A stretch of DNA of 63,245 bases, filler included, from Candidatus Zapsychrus exili (GCA_030765585.1; 8 parts of 8 records of this genome joined end to end with filler, not necessarily neighbours in it), one strand, 5' to 3'. Shown: positions 52,010 through 60,531, counted from the first letter of the whole stretch. Numbers and translations: made by a program. The notes: generated by a model from the letters alone, not told the origin.

Positions 52010-53152
52010 ATGAATAATAGTTCTTGGTTCTCTCAGATTTCATTTAAGCAACGGATTTGGTTGTTTGCGACTGTGGCAGGAATGCTTGCGATTGCAACTC
52101 TTGGGATTTTGCTGGGTTCATCAAGTAAGCCAAAGGAATCAATTGATTTCAACGTTAGTATGTCTATCCAAGACATTGCTCCCAAGCTTAGAGTTACAGG
52201 TAAAGGTCTTACTCGCGAACTTGAATTACCGATTGATATTTCCCAAAAAAAGCCTCTCAATTTATTAAAGGTAACGGACAAAGAGCTTCATCATGCCGCT
52301 GAACACATTCTTTCTCATCGTGATAGTATACTTAAATATTATATTTATGCGGCATTGGTATTATTTGGCCTCGTTTTTCTCACTAAACTAGGACGACCGG
52401 ATGGGTCCAACGTCAAACGCAGGCATAGCTGGTATCCTCGAGCACCCTATGTTGTTTCCCTTTTACTTTCTGTAATAGTAGCTGGATTTCTTCTTGGCAA
52501 GTCGCCCAATCCTATGGAGGGGACAGTCAAAGTATTTAAATCAATGGTAGGGCTTTACCCTGACCCAATGGTCAAAGCAATTGCTTTCAGTTTTTTCATT
52601 ACACTTGCTGTTATTGGAAATAAGATAATTTGTGGCTGGGCTTGTCCTTTTGGCGCTTTGCAAGAACTTATTTACAGCATTCCAATTTTGCAAAAAATCA
52701 AAAAAAAGAAACTTCTATTTATATTTACAAACACAATTCGCGTGTGTCTTTTTATTGCCATGCTTCTTTTTCTGTTCGGAATCATTGGGGGGCGCGAGGG
52801 ATTTGTAATTTACCACTATGCTAATCCCTTTAACTTATTTAATCTTGATTTCGAAACATTCAGTATTCTGTTGACAGTAATCATTGCCTTGTTGTTATCG
52901 TTCAGTATATACCGCCCATTTTGTCAGTTCATTTGTCCTTTTGGTCTTATTTCTTGGTTAGCTGAACGAGTCAGCATTTTTCGTGTTCAAATTGACAAAA
53001 AGAAATGCACCCAATGCGGTGCCTGCATAAGGGCATGTCCTTTGGAGTCTGCAGAAGGTCGGGTCGAAGGTAAGAGATTCCCGGCTGACTGCTTCAGTTG
53101 TGCGCGTTGCTTAAATGTTTGTCCAACTGATGCTATCAAGTATGGTAGGTGA
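52010..53152 (+). CDS. Membrane 4Fe-4S binding protein (NapH/NosR-like polyferredoxin)
   Basis: CGWACPFG, CQFICPFG, CTQCGACIRACP, CFSCARCLNVCP; TMs. Confidence 0.9.
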   Translation: MNNSSWFSQISFKQRIWLFATVAGMLAIATLGILLGSSSKPKESIDFNVSMSIQDIAPKLRVTGKGLTRELELPIDISQKKPLNLLKVTDKELHHAAEHILSHRDSILKYYIYAALVLFGLVFLTKLGRPDGSNVKRRHSWYPRAPYVVSLLLSVIVAGFLLGKSPNPMEGTVKVFKSMVGLYPDPMVKAIAFSFFITLAVIGNKIICGWACPFGALQELIYSIPILQKIKKKKLLFIFTNTIRVCLFIAMLLFLFGIIGGREGFVIYHYANPFNLFNLDFETFSILLTVIIALLLSFSIYRPFCQFICPFGLISWLAERVSIFRVQIDKKKCTQCGACIRACPLESAEGRVEGKRFPADCFSCARCLNVCPTDAIKYGR

Positions 53153-53247
53153 TAGAGAACTTGTAGCACCAGTTTAAATAAATGTGAGTTCTTTATATAA
53201 TTTATTAGCTTTTTCGGTAAGGTAATAACTCTTAAACTCTTCTAAAA

Positions 53248-53279
53248 AGTTGCGAAACTCGTAGTCTTGGGGCGAGCTA
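53248..53279 (+). repeat. att-like cassette boundary site 6 (degenerate)
   Basis: AGTTGCGAAACTCGTAGTCTTGGGGCGAGCTA followed by AACCTTATGTGAG..TTGCAGAGGGTT, like site 4. Confidence 0.78.
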
Positions 53280-53360
53280 CTAAAACATAACCTTATGTGA
53301 GTAAAATACTTGCAGAGGGTTTTGTTTTGTAGTAAATTATACATGGAAGGATAAATATAT

Positions 53361-53405
53361 ATGGTAAAAGAATTTGCTACTGCTATAAATTGCATAGATG
53401 GACGT
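53361..53405 (+). CDS. N-terminus of putative beta-carbonic-anhydrase-like protein (truncated)
   Basis: MVKEFATAINCIDGR (CxDxR motif); only 15 codons visible. Confidence 0.55.
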
Positions 53406-53505
53406 NNNNNNNNNNNNNNNNNNNNNNNNNNNNNNNNNNNNNNNNNNNNTTAATTAATTAANNNNNNNNNNNNNNNNNNNNNNNNNNNNNNNNNNNNNNN
53501 NNNNN
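53406..53505. other. Artificial contig linker
   Basis: N44-TTAATTAATTAA-N44. Confidence 0.99.
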
Positions 53506-53589
53506 AAAAAAATAACAAAGAAAAAAGCAACTGCTAAGAAAAAAGTAGTTAAAAAAGTAGCAAAGAAAAAAGTAGCTAAGAAGAAATAA
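53506..53589 (+). CDS. Lys/Ala-rich histone H1-like C-terminal tail (5' truncated)
   Basis: KKITKKKATAKKKVVKKVAKKKVAKKK* followed by a terminator. Confidence 0.6.
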   Translation, partial: KKITKKKATAKKKVVKKVAKKKVAKKK

Positions 53590-53612
53590 GGCTATAGAAA
53601 TATAGTAATAAT

Positions 53613-53645
53613 AAAAAACCCGCTAGACTATCTAGCGGGTTTTTT
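53613..53645. terminator. Bidirectional intrinsic terminator
   Basis: AAAAAACCCGCTAGA-CTA-TCTAGCGGGTTTTTT between convergent genes. Confidence 0.85.
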
Positions 53646-53713
53646 ATTGCTATTATAAATAAAAATCGCCTTGAATAATAATTTCAAGGCGATTTAAATA
53701 ATATTTAAAAGCT

Positions 53714-53944
53714 TTATTCTGCAATAAACTTTATTTTTTTTGACTTACGCTTTTTTATCTTCTCGTATTTCTCTGCCATATTATATCTCATCCATTCAGA
53801 ACCATGCATCTTTATCCACTCATCAGTAGCCTGTTCTATACCCATACTATATCCAAGCTTTTGACTTTCAACCCAAAGATGTTTATTTATTTCTTCAATA
53901 ACTCTTTTGTCTTTCAAAAGTGCTCTTAAATCAGATATTTTCAT
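53714..53944 (-). CDS. DUF4032-like small protein
   Basis: EEINKHLWVESQKLG..GIEQA..EW pattern. Confidence 0.65.
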   Translation of the reverse strand: MKISDLRALLKDKRVIEEINKHLWVESQKLGYSMGIEQATDEWIKMHGSEWMRYNMAEKYEKIKKRKSKKIKFIAE

Positions 53945-54052
53945 ATAGTCTCCTATTAAAACGTCTAAATGTTAAAAAAAATAAATCAAAAGAACGTACA
54001 TCAAGAATTATAATGAAAAAGGGAACTAAAACAATAGAAATCTTCTATATTT

Positions 54053-56167
54053 TTAAGCAAATACATTTTCGTACTTTGAGTCTCTTAAAAACAATACAGA
54101 AGTGCGAACATCTTGCTTTATCTTTCTTATTAAAGATATATCAGGGACTTCTGGCATTCCAAAAATATTTACATCAGCTAACGGCGCTTCTTTTAACACT
54201 TCCATAAAACCACCCACCAAAACTTCTATCTCTACATTCTGAGATATACGCATCAAATTCTTCAATTTCTCCAAATAAGAAACCGCATTCTCTTTATCAT
54301 ATTCATTATTCACAACCTGCAAAATACGTATGGTTCCCTCCCAGTTTCTTTGAAGCTGAATAGCAATAAGAATAGATAATCCAATATTTGGACTTCCTTC
54401 ACGTATCCAAACATTTATAATTTGTTCTTGCGCAAAGCCCACTTTTTTATCGTAGTCCAATAAAATAACACCCAAATCTTCAGATGAGGCTTTTACTATC
54501 ACATCTTTAACTAATGTATCGTTATTTATATTTTCCTTTAAAGCGTAAAAGAATGTATTAGGAGGAAAGAACATGCCCTTTAAGGTTTGTATAACAGTTG
54601 TCGCTGTGCTTAACATATTCATCGACTCAACAACTGTAGTCTCAACAAATATATTATGCTCTTTAAGGCTTTCGACAGACTCTGAAAGTCTTTTATCGAG
54701 CGCCGATAAATCTCTGCCTAAACCTGCCATTTTATAAACTTTTATTCGTCCTGCAGGAGACACAATATTCTCTATAAAATTTGTTATAGAAGAAAAATTA
54801 TCTATGTCTTCTGTTGGTATTAATAAATTAGGTTTCCATATCTTTGGATAATATGGCAAAGCGTTTGCCATTCTTGCGAATTTCTCAGCAAAAAATACAA
54901 GTATTCCACTTCTTATGTCAGGCGAATAAAAACGTGTACCTCTCTTTAAAAGCAACCAATACATAAAAACAATAACCAAAAGAGCTATAAAACTAAACTT
55001 TACATTGATCAAGAACATTATAATTACACATCCTACGCTGCCTAATAAAGGCATAATTTTATTAACTCTAAATGTAGGACGAAAACTTGCTATACCCATT
55101 GATTGCTCAATAAAAACAGTAAGATTTATCATTCCATAAGTTACAAGAAAAAACATTGTGAGTAAGCCAGCTATTTTATCTAAAGACCCAAATAAAATAG
55201 TAGTAAGAGCGATTAGTGCGGTAAACAAAATTGCTACAGTAGGTTCGCCTCTATCATTTATATGTGTAAACTCTTTTGAGAAAGGCAAATTATCATGCTT
55301 TCCTAGAGCAAGAAATACTCTAGGAGCACTTACAAACATTGATAAGGCCGACGATAACGTTGCTCCCATAATCCCAGCTATTACCATCCACTGCCATCTA
55401 CCAGTATCAATTGCAACAGATAAATTATTTTGAAGATTTAACGCAGATGCTTTCGTTGCAAAACAATACGCTAAGAAAATATACATAAAAAAGCTTAGAG
55501 TCATTGCAGAAATAGTACCTACAGGAATTGCTCTTCTTGGATCCTTAAGCTCTCCTGACATAGAGGCCCCAACCAAAATACCTGTTACAGCAGGAAAAAA
55601 TATAGCAAAAATTTGCCAAAAATTGCTAGATGATGTGCTATTAAATAACGTAATGCCTTCAAAACCTTGAGGCTTTCCCAAAACTATAGAAACAATAGAA
55701 AGAACTATAAACATCATAATTATATATTGAATTCTGAAAGCAAGCTTTGCACTTAGATAAGAAACGATTAAAAGAGCCAACCAAACTATCAAAGAAATCA
55801 AAAGAATACTATGGGTAGGAAAAATTGAACGCCAACACTCCGAAAAACCAGCAATATAAAATGCAACTGAAATAGCTTGTGAAATATACAATGGAATTCC
55901 TATTGCACCGCCCGCTTCTAGCCCCAAAGATTTTGCTATAATAGAATAAGCGCCACCTGCTCCTATTCGAATATTAGTAACGACGCTCGACATAGAAAGT
56001 GCTGTCGCAAGCGTTATAAAATTTGCAAGAACAATTATGAGTATCGCACCTCCTAAACCTGCGTTACCAACAACCCAACCCAAACGCAAATACATAATAA
56101 CGCCTAAAATACTCAATAAACATGGCGTAAAAACACCTTCAAATGTACTAAATCTTTTTGTAGTCAT
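54053..56167 (-). CDS. Cation-chloride cotransporter (SLC12-like) APC permease
   Basis: FSTFEGVFTPCLLSILGVIMYLRLGWVVG, FAIFFPAVTGI..SGEL, FRPTF, WKPNLL soluble C-domain. Confidence 0.9.
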   Translation of the reverse strand: MTTKRFSTFEGVFTPCLLSILGVIMYLRLGWVVGNAGLGGAILIIVLANFITLATALSMSSVVTNIRIGAGGAYSIIAKSLGLEAGGAIGIPLYISQAISVAFYIAGFSECWRSIFPTHSILLISLIVWLALLIVSYLSAKLAFRIQYIIMMFIVLSIVSIVLGKPQGFEGITLFNSTSSSNFWQIFAIFFPAVTGILVGASMSGELKDPRRAIPVGTISAMTLSFFMYIFLAYCFATKASALNLQNNLSVAIDTGRWQWMVIAGIMGATLSSALSMFVSAPRVFLALGKHDNLPFSKEFTHINDRGEPTVAILFTALIALTTILFGSLDKIAGLLTMFFLVTYGMINLTVFIEQSMGIASFRPTFRVNKIMPLLGSVGCVIIMFLINVKFSFIALLVIVFMYWLLLKRGTRFYSPDIRSGILVFFAEKFARMANALPYYPKIWKPNLLIPTEDIDNFSSITNFIENIVSPAGRIKVYKMAGLGRDLSALDKRLSESVESLKEHNIFVETTVVESMNMLSTATTVIQTLKGMFFPPNTFFYALKENINNDTLVKDVIVKASSEDLGVILLDYDKKVGFAQEQIINVWIREGSPNIGLSILIAIQLQRNWEGTIRILQVVNNEYDKENAVSYLEKLKNLMRISQNVEIEVLVGGFMEVLKEAPLADVNIFGMPEVPDISLIRKIKQDVRTSVLFLRDSKYENVFA

Positions 56168-56270
56168 ATAATGCCTTGCTGTTTTATTCTACATCATTTT
56201 CTTCTGATATATCTTTTCCTACTTTCTTACACTTTAGGAAATTATATAATTCCCTAAAGTACTGCAAAAA

Positions 56271-56420
56271 CTATTCCTGACTATCATCAGAGGTAGTTTT
56301 TTTGAATTCTTTTATTGCTTTGCCTATTGCACGTCCAATTTTAGGCAATTTCTTTGCCCCAAATAAAAGAACAATAATTAAAACAACAATAATAATTTCT
56401 GGTAATCCTATGCGACCCAT
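56271..56420 (-). CDS. tatA: Twin-arginine translocase TatA/E subunit
   Basis: Below ORF-track cutoff; MGRIGLPEIIIVVLIIVLLFGAKKLPKIGRAIGKAIKEFKK; GGAGG RBS. Confidence 0.92.
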   Translation of the reverse strand: MGRIGLPEIIIVVLIIVLLFGAKKLPKIGRAIGKAIKEFKKTTSDDSQE

Positions 56421-56452
56421 AATATCCTCCCGATTATCATAATCTCTTTAAG

Positions 56453-57556
56453 TTATTCCTCACTGCCTAACTTAACAACAGCAAGCACAATACACAAAAT
56501 AAAAACAATTCCACTTGTTAAATAAAGAGGCAAAAACTTGATGCTTAAGCCATACGCTGTCCACAAAAGAAATCCAGCGCAAATAAAAACATACGAAGAT
56601 AAAGAAGGCTTCTTGTTAACTTCAAGTATTTGAAACAAGAACCCTATAATAATAGAAAATCCTGCTAAAAACGCTACTGTTGTTCCATAAGGAACATCTC
56701 CTTTTGTTCTACTTGTTATGGTTTTCTTTAGCGAACTTTCCTCGTCGATAACGATATCTTTGTCTAAAACTTCAGCAGACTCTTTGGTATTAACAATTAT
56801 AGCCATACTTCTTGTTTTTGCAAAAGGCTGCTCAGCCGTGACACCAGCAAATGACTCTTCTTTATTTGTTTTTGTAATCTTTAAATTAGCCCTTTTTCGT
56901 TTCTTAGGAGCAGCTTTATTTGCAGGTTTATTCTTCATCGTTTTCTCAGCAAATGGTCTTATCTTATAATACCCCTGATGAAAACCTCTTTGAATCGGTC
57001 TTCCCAAAAACAACAAAAAAACAAAAAACAAGACAACTGAAAAAACTAATACTGATACTTTCTTTACCTCTATTCTTCCTCCTATATCTTCTGTAAAGCT
57101 AGGATCTCTATTAATTATTTTTATACTGCTATTAATAAAAACAAAATCAAAAGCTATGACTGACAAATAACAAAATACCTTTGGCCAAGATAATATTCCT
57201 GAGGTTGATGATACGTAACCTTTTTCAAGCCAATAATGTAATATTGAATTAATTATTCCAAAAGTTACTATCCACATAATAGGCCAACCCCAAAGAAGCC
57301 ACACTCTTCCCCATTTTTTTAAACGAGCAATGCCAATGCCTGTTACTATATGAGAAATACCTCTTAAAAGGATTGCAAGGCAGACAAGAACAACAATTTC
57401 TTCCTTAAAAACATACAAAACAGAAGATTTAGGATATTTTAATATCCATTCTGTCAGGAAAAATCCAGAGAACAAACCAACTATCTGTCCTACGCCTAAA
57501 ATCATGCGCAAAACTCCGTAAACCTCAAGACATAATTTTCTAGTTTTTAATTCCAT
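56453..57556 (-). CDS. Membrane protein with C-terminal SemiSWEET/PQ-loop-like 3-TM unit
   Basis: N-terminal TMs, basic linker, then LAGFSIIIGFLFQI..S..Y...GFLLWTAYG pattern. Confidence 0.6.
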   Translation of the reverse strand: MELKTRKLCLEVYGVLRMILGVGQIVGLFSGFFLTEWILKYPKSSVLYVFKEEIVVLVCLAILLRGISHIVTGIGIARLKKWGRVWLLWGWPIMWIVTFGIINSILHYWLEKGYVSSTSGILSWPKVFCYLSVIAFDFVFINSSIKIINRDPSFTEDIGGRIEVKKVSVLVFSVVLFFVFLLFLGRPIQRGFHQGYYKIRPFAEKTMKNKPANKAAPKKRKRANLKITKTNKEESFAGVTAEQPFAKTRSMAIIVNTKESAEVLDKDIVIDEESSLKKTITSRTKGDVPYGTTVAFLAGFSIIIGFLFQILEVNKKPSLSSYVFICAGFLLWTAYGLSIKFLPLYLTSGIVFILCIVLAVVKLGSEE

Positions 57557-57665
57557 AAATATGTATTTTAATATTATTAATATTTTAATTAATATTAAAA
57601 GAATCTTAACTTATATAAACATTTTATTCCTAATAAAGGAATACAACAAGAAAAATAGATTCTTT

Positions 57666-57765
57666 NNNNNNNNNNNNNNNNNNNNNNNNNNNNNNNNNNN
57701 NNNNNNNNNTTAATTAATTAANNNNNNNNNNNNNNNNNNNNNNNNNNNNNNNNNNNNNNNNNNNN
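57666..57765. other. Artificial contig linker
   Basis: N44-TTAATTAATTAA-N44. Confidence 0.99.
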
Positions 57766-58323
57766 GATTTTCTGATCTTTAATATTTTTATGTTCTCCGC
57801 CTTTTAATACTTGACCTGTTTCAACTATCATTCTTTCATAGCCATACGGCGCTTTTCCACCCATCCAGTAGCCTTTACCGGCATGAAATTTCATTCCCCG
57901 TATGGTATTTTGTCTTATTTTCTTAAGATATTCCGAGGCCTCAGAACTTTTTATAAGCTTCATCAATGATGTACCTATATCATCACTCTTAAAACCCTCA
58001 TTTACAAAGATTGGCTCTTTATGATATCTTTTTACTTCGTGTATCCAATAGAATGTCTCTGTTGGATCCTGAAACCTGCCCCACCTTGATATATCAGGTA
58101 CTAACACATATTGAAATGGTTCGTTAGATGTCCGGCAATAATCAATCATCTCCTGAAATATCGGCCTTCCCTCAACGTTTTCACCACAAGCCTCTTCTTC
58201 AAAAAAGCGGATAACTTCTATCTCATTAGCATCAGCAAATACAAGGATATCCTTTTTCTGCTGTTCAAGAGATGTTTCCTGCATATCTGTAGATTTTCTT
58301 AAGTATGCAATTGCTCGTTTCAT
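57766..58323 (-). mobile_element. Large serine recombinase, N-terminal part (3' truncated)
   Basis: AIAYLRKST (catalytic Ser), RPIFQEM, DISRWGR, GYWMGGKAPYGY start of recombinase domain. Confidence 0.92.
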
Positions 58324-58341
58324 CTTAGCTCAAATCCCATT

Positions 58342-58494
58342 CTAACCCCGCACCAAAACCCTTTCCTGCTCAACAACTATTTCTTTAGTTGCCTCTTCTT
58401 CAAAATACTTATTAAACAAACACTCAATAATAAACTGGTTAATTTTCTCTTTTGGCTTTTTTGTATTGTCTTGCTTAATCTTTTCGTCCATCAT
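58342..58494 (-). CDS. Small hypothetical protein upstream of recombinase
   Basis: 50 aa MMDEKIKQ...VRG with GGAGG RBS; not in ORF track. Confidence 0.55.
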   Translation of the reverse strand: MMDEKIKQDNTKKPKEKINQFIIECLFNKYFEEEATKEIVVEQERVLVRG

Positions 58495-58508
58495 CTAATC
58501 CTCCTTTT

Positions 58509-58606
58509 TTGCATATGCCAAGGCATATGCTAATTTATCAATCAAAAAAAATTCCTTTCCTACACCCCCATCTATTTTTATTAACGTTTGCTTTGGCATA
58601 TGCTAA
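58509..58606. promoter_or_regulatory. GCATATGC palindromic operators upstream of recombinase operon
   Basis: TTGCATATGCCAA (58509), GGCATATGCTAA (58522), TTGGCATATGCTAA (58593). Confidence 0.65.
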
Positions 58607-58628
58607 TTTTATATTTAAAAAAATATCC

Positions 58629-58808
58629 CTAAATGATCCCTTCTCTTTTTAGAATATCCCGGTAGGCATTTGAAATATTAGTTTTCTGCTTCAACCATCT
58701 ATTAAGTGTCGACTCCGGAATACCTAACTTCTTCGCCAACTCATACTGCCTGAGATTGTTCTTATTCATATAATCTTCTATCTTAGCAAGAATCTGCTTA
58801 TCTGTCAT
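58629..58808 (-). CDS. XRE/Cro HTH regulator
   Basis: LRQYELAKKLGIPESTLNRWL; minus-strand TTGACA-17-TATTAT promoter 6 nt upstream of ATG 58808. Confidence 0.88.
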   Translation of the reverse strand: MTDKQILAKIEDYMNKNNLRQYELAKKLGIPESTLNRWLKQKTNISNAYRDILKREGII

Positions 58809-58927
58809 GACCCAATAATAGCACATGCTTTGGCATCTGTCAAGTGGTTTTTTATTCCCTTTTATTCAACGAAGCAATTGGAATATATATTATCTGATAT
58901 ACGAAAGGAGGTGGACAGTTTTTCTAT

Positions 58928-59107
58928 TTATACCGCAGTAGTGAAGGACTGCTCTTCTTCTGAAACATCAAGAACAATTTTACGCAGTTCGTTAATTTCT
59001 TCAAACTCCTCCAACCCTTCAAAGACAGCAACTTCCTTTGAATCTTTTAACTGTGATAATTTCTCAAATATAATGTTGAATTTGTCTTTTTTCTTTGATT
59101 TAGACAT
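58928..59107 (-). CDS. Small hypothetical protein coupled to the protease gene
   Basis: Start overlaps the stop of the upstream protease ORF; basic N-terminus, acidic C-terminus. Confidence 0.55.
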   Translation of the reverse strand: MSKSKKKDKFNIIFEKLSQLKDSKEVAVFEGLEEFEEINELRKIVLDVSEEEQSFTTAV

Positions 59108-60269
59108 AAACAATCTTCTTCTTAAATTGTCCTTCGAGACCTCTCTTTAAATTTACCACATCAACATCATTCTTACAAGAAGAGCATTGAACCTTATCTT
59201 CCTTTGGTATTTTCATAAATCCTTGCTTAGTAGGAATTCCTTGCTTAAAGTCTACCTGCAGATTTATGTTTGCTTTACACTTTGGACATTGAACACTGAC
59301 CTGAATTGAATCTGGACTCTGTTGAGGCTGCCCTTTATTGATAACATTTTGTATTGGAGTGTGACGATATATTTGTGAAGTCGGTGTTTCATAAATTTTA
59401 AATATGCTTGTTTCATCAAAGGTCATTTTAAGAAGTATAAAATACCTTTGAATTGCATCGGATAAGGCGGTATTCTCTGTATAATCTGTTATCTTCAATT
59501 TCATTGCTCTTAAATCATCTATTCCAATTGCACGACCATGAGTTTTCCATTTGTTATGGTCACATAGCTCTTTAGCAATTTCTGCAGCCCTCTTTTTCTT
59601 ATCCCCATCCGTCACAGGCTTACCTGTAGTTGAATGAGTATCCCAATTCTGGAATTTATATTGAGACAACCAATCCCTTACAAGAATTTTTGAAAAATCC
59701 AATGCGTTCTGTGCAGCTTGAATTTCACCTGGTGAAATATTCTGCAAAATAGGAATATATGCTTTATTTAAAACAGTTGTTTTAGTGACTTCTTCCCTTA
59801 TCGCCTTTAAGCCTTCTAAGAAGGCTTCGGCCGAAAACCTCTTTCCTTGTTGAGACAATTGCGCATCAATTGGACCTAATGCTGATGCTGGAGACATCAA
59901 TATCTCATCTCCAGCCATAACCATAATTGTTCCAGCACTCATGGCAAAACCAGGTATAATAAACGCAACATGCTCGAACTTACCCCTGATATACTTGATA
60001 ATTTTTTCAGCAATTTCAGCATAGCCACCAGGAGTCTCAAGAATAATATCAATGTGCTTGCCTTTTAAGTTGTTAATCTGGTCACAGAAAGGAACAATAT
60101 CATCATAGTCTATAGAAATAGGGGCTTTCCCTTTAGTCAGGGCACTGGCAAAAGTTAAAACCTCTCGCCCTCCTCTTACTTTAGATATCGCAGCTAATTG
60201 TTTTTTTCTTTCTTGAATGAGCTGATTCCCATGCAGCCCTTTATTTAGATATTCTGCATAAATTCCCAT
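59100..60269 (-). CDS. SDH/ClpP-fold serine protease with C-terminal Zn ribbon
   Basis: LETPGG, AMSAGT (Ser), LGPIDAQ, THGRAI, C-terminal CPKC..CSSC; AAGGAG RBS before 60269. Confidence 0.88.
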   Translation of the reverse strand: MGIYAEYLNKGLHGNQLIQERKKQLAAISKVRGGREVLTFASALTKGKAPISIDYDDIVPFCDQINNLKGKHIDIILETPGGYAEIAEKIIKYIRGKFEHVAFIIPGFAMSAGTIMVMAGDEILMSPASALGPIDAQLSQQGKRFSAEAFLEGLKAIREEVTKTTVLNKAYIPILQNISPGEIQAAQNALDFSKILVRDWLSQYKFQNWDTHSTTGKPVTDGDKKKRAAEIAKELCDHNKWKTHGRAIGIDDLRAMKLKITDYTENTALSDAIQRYFILLKMTFDETSIFKIYETPTSQIYRHTPIQNVINKGQPQQSPDSIQVSVQCPKCKANINLQVDFKQGIPTKQGFMKIPKEDKVQCSSCKNDVDVVNLKRGLEGQFKKKIVYV

Positions 60270-60348
60270 TTTAACTCCTTGTAAATATAATTTACCAAAA
60301 GTATTCAACTATGTCAATAACTATTAGAGTAAAAGGGGCCAGTAGAGT

Positions 60349-60392
60349 AAAAGGGGTCAGAGTCATTTATTTATTTCACTCTGACCCCTTTT
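60349..60392. repeat. GGGGTCAGAGT..ACTCTGACCCC inverted repeat
   Basis: AAAAGGGGTCAGAGT-CATTTATTTATTTC-ACTCTGACCCCTTTT, preceded by a duplicated TAGAGTAAAAGGGG. Confidence 0.75.
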
Positions 60393-60531
60393 TTCACTCA
60401 ATCTATCCAAATATCAGTAATTATATCAAATAAATCTGCGTTGTCATAGTCCGCCGGCAAAACATTCCATGCTGGTTTATTAAATAAATTATAATTCTGT
60501 TTAAAAAATCCATTTACTATCAGTTCCGAAC

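Noticed and set aside
47056..53279. Classical integron attC interpretation of the array
   Set aside because: RYYYAAC occurs at only two sites and has no complementary GTTRRRY end; no IntI; the conserved core is tRNA-3'-like instead.
47064..53279. Intact tRNA genes at the GAGCCA sites
   Set aside because: No GTTCRA T-loop, anticodon arm or matching 5' acceptor strand upstream; only the last 18 nt or so resemble tRNA.
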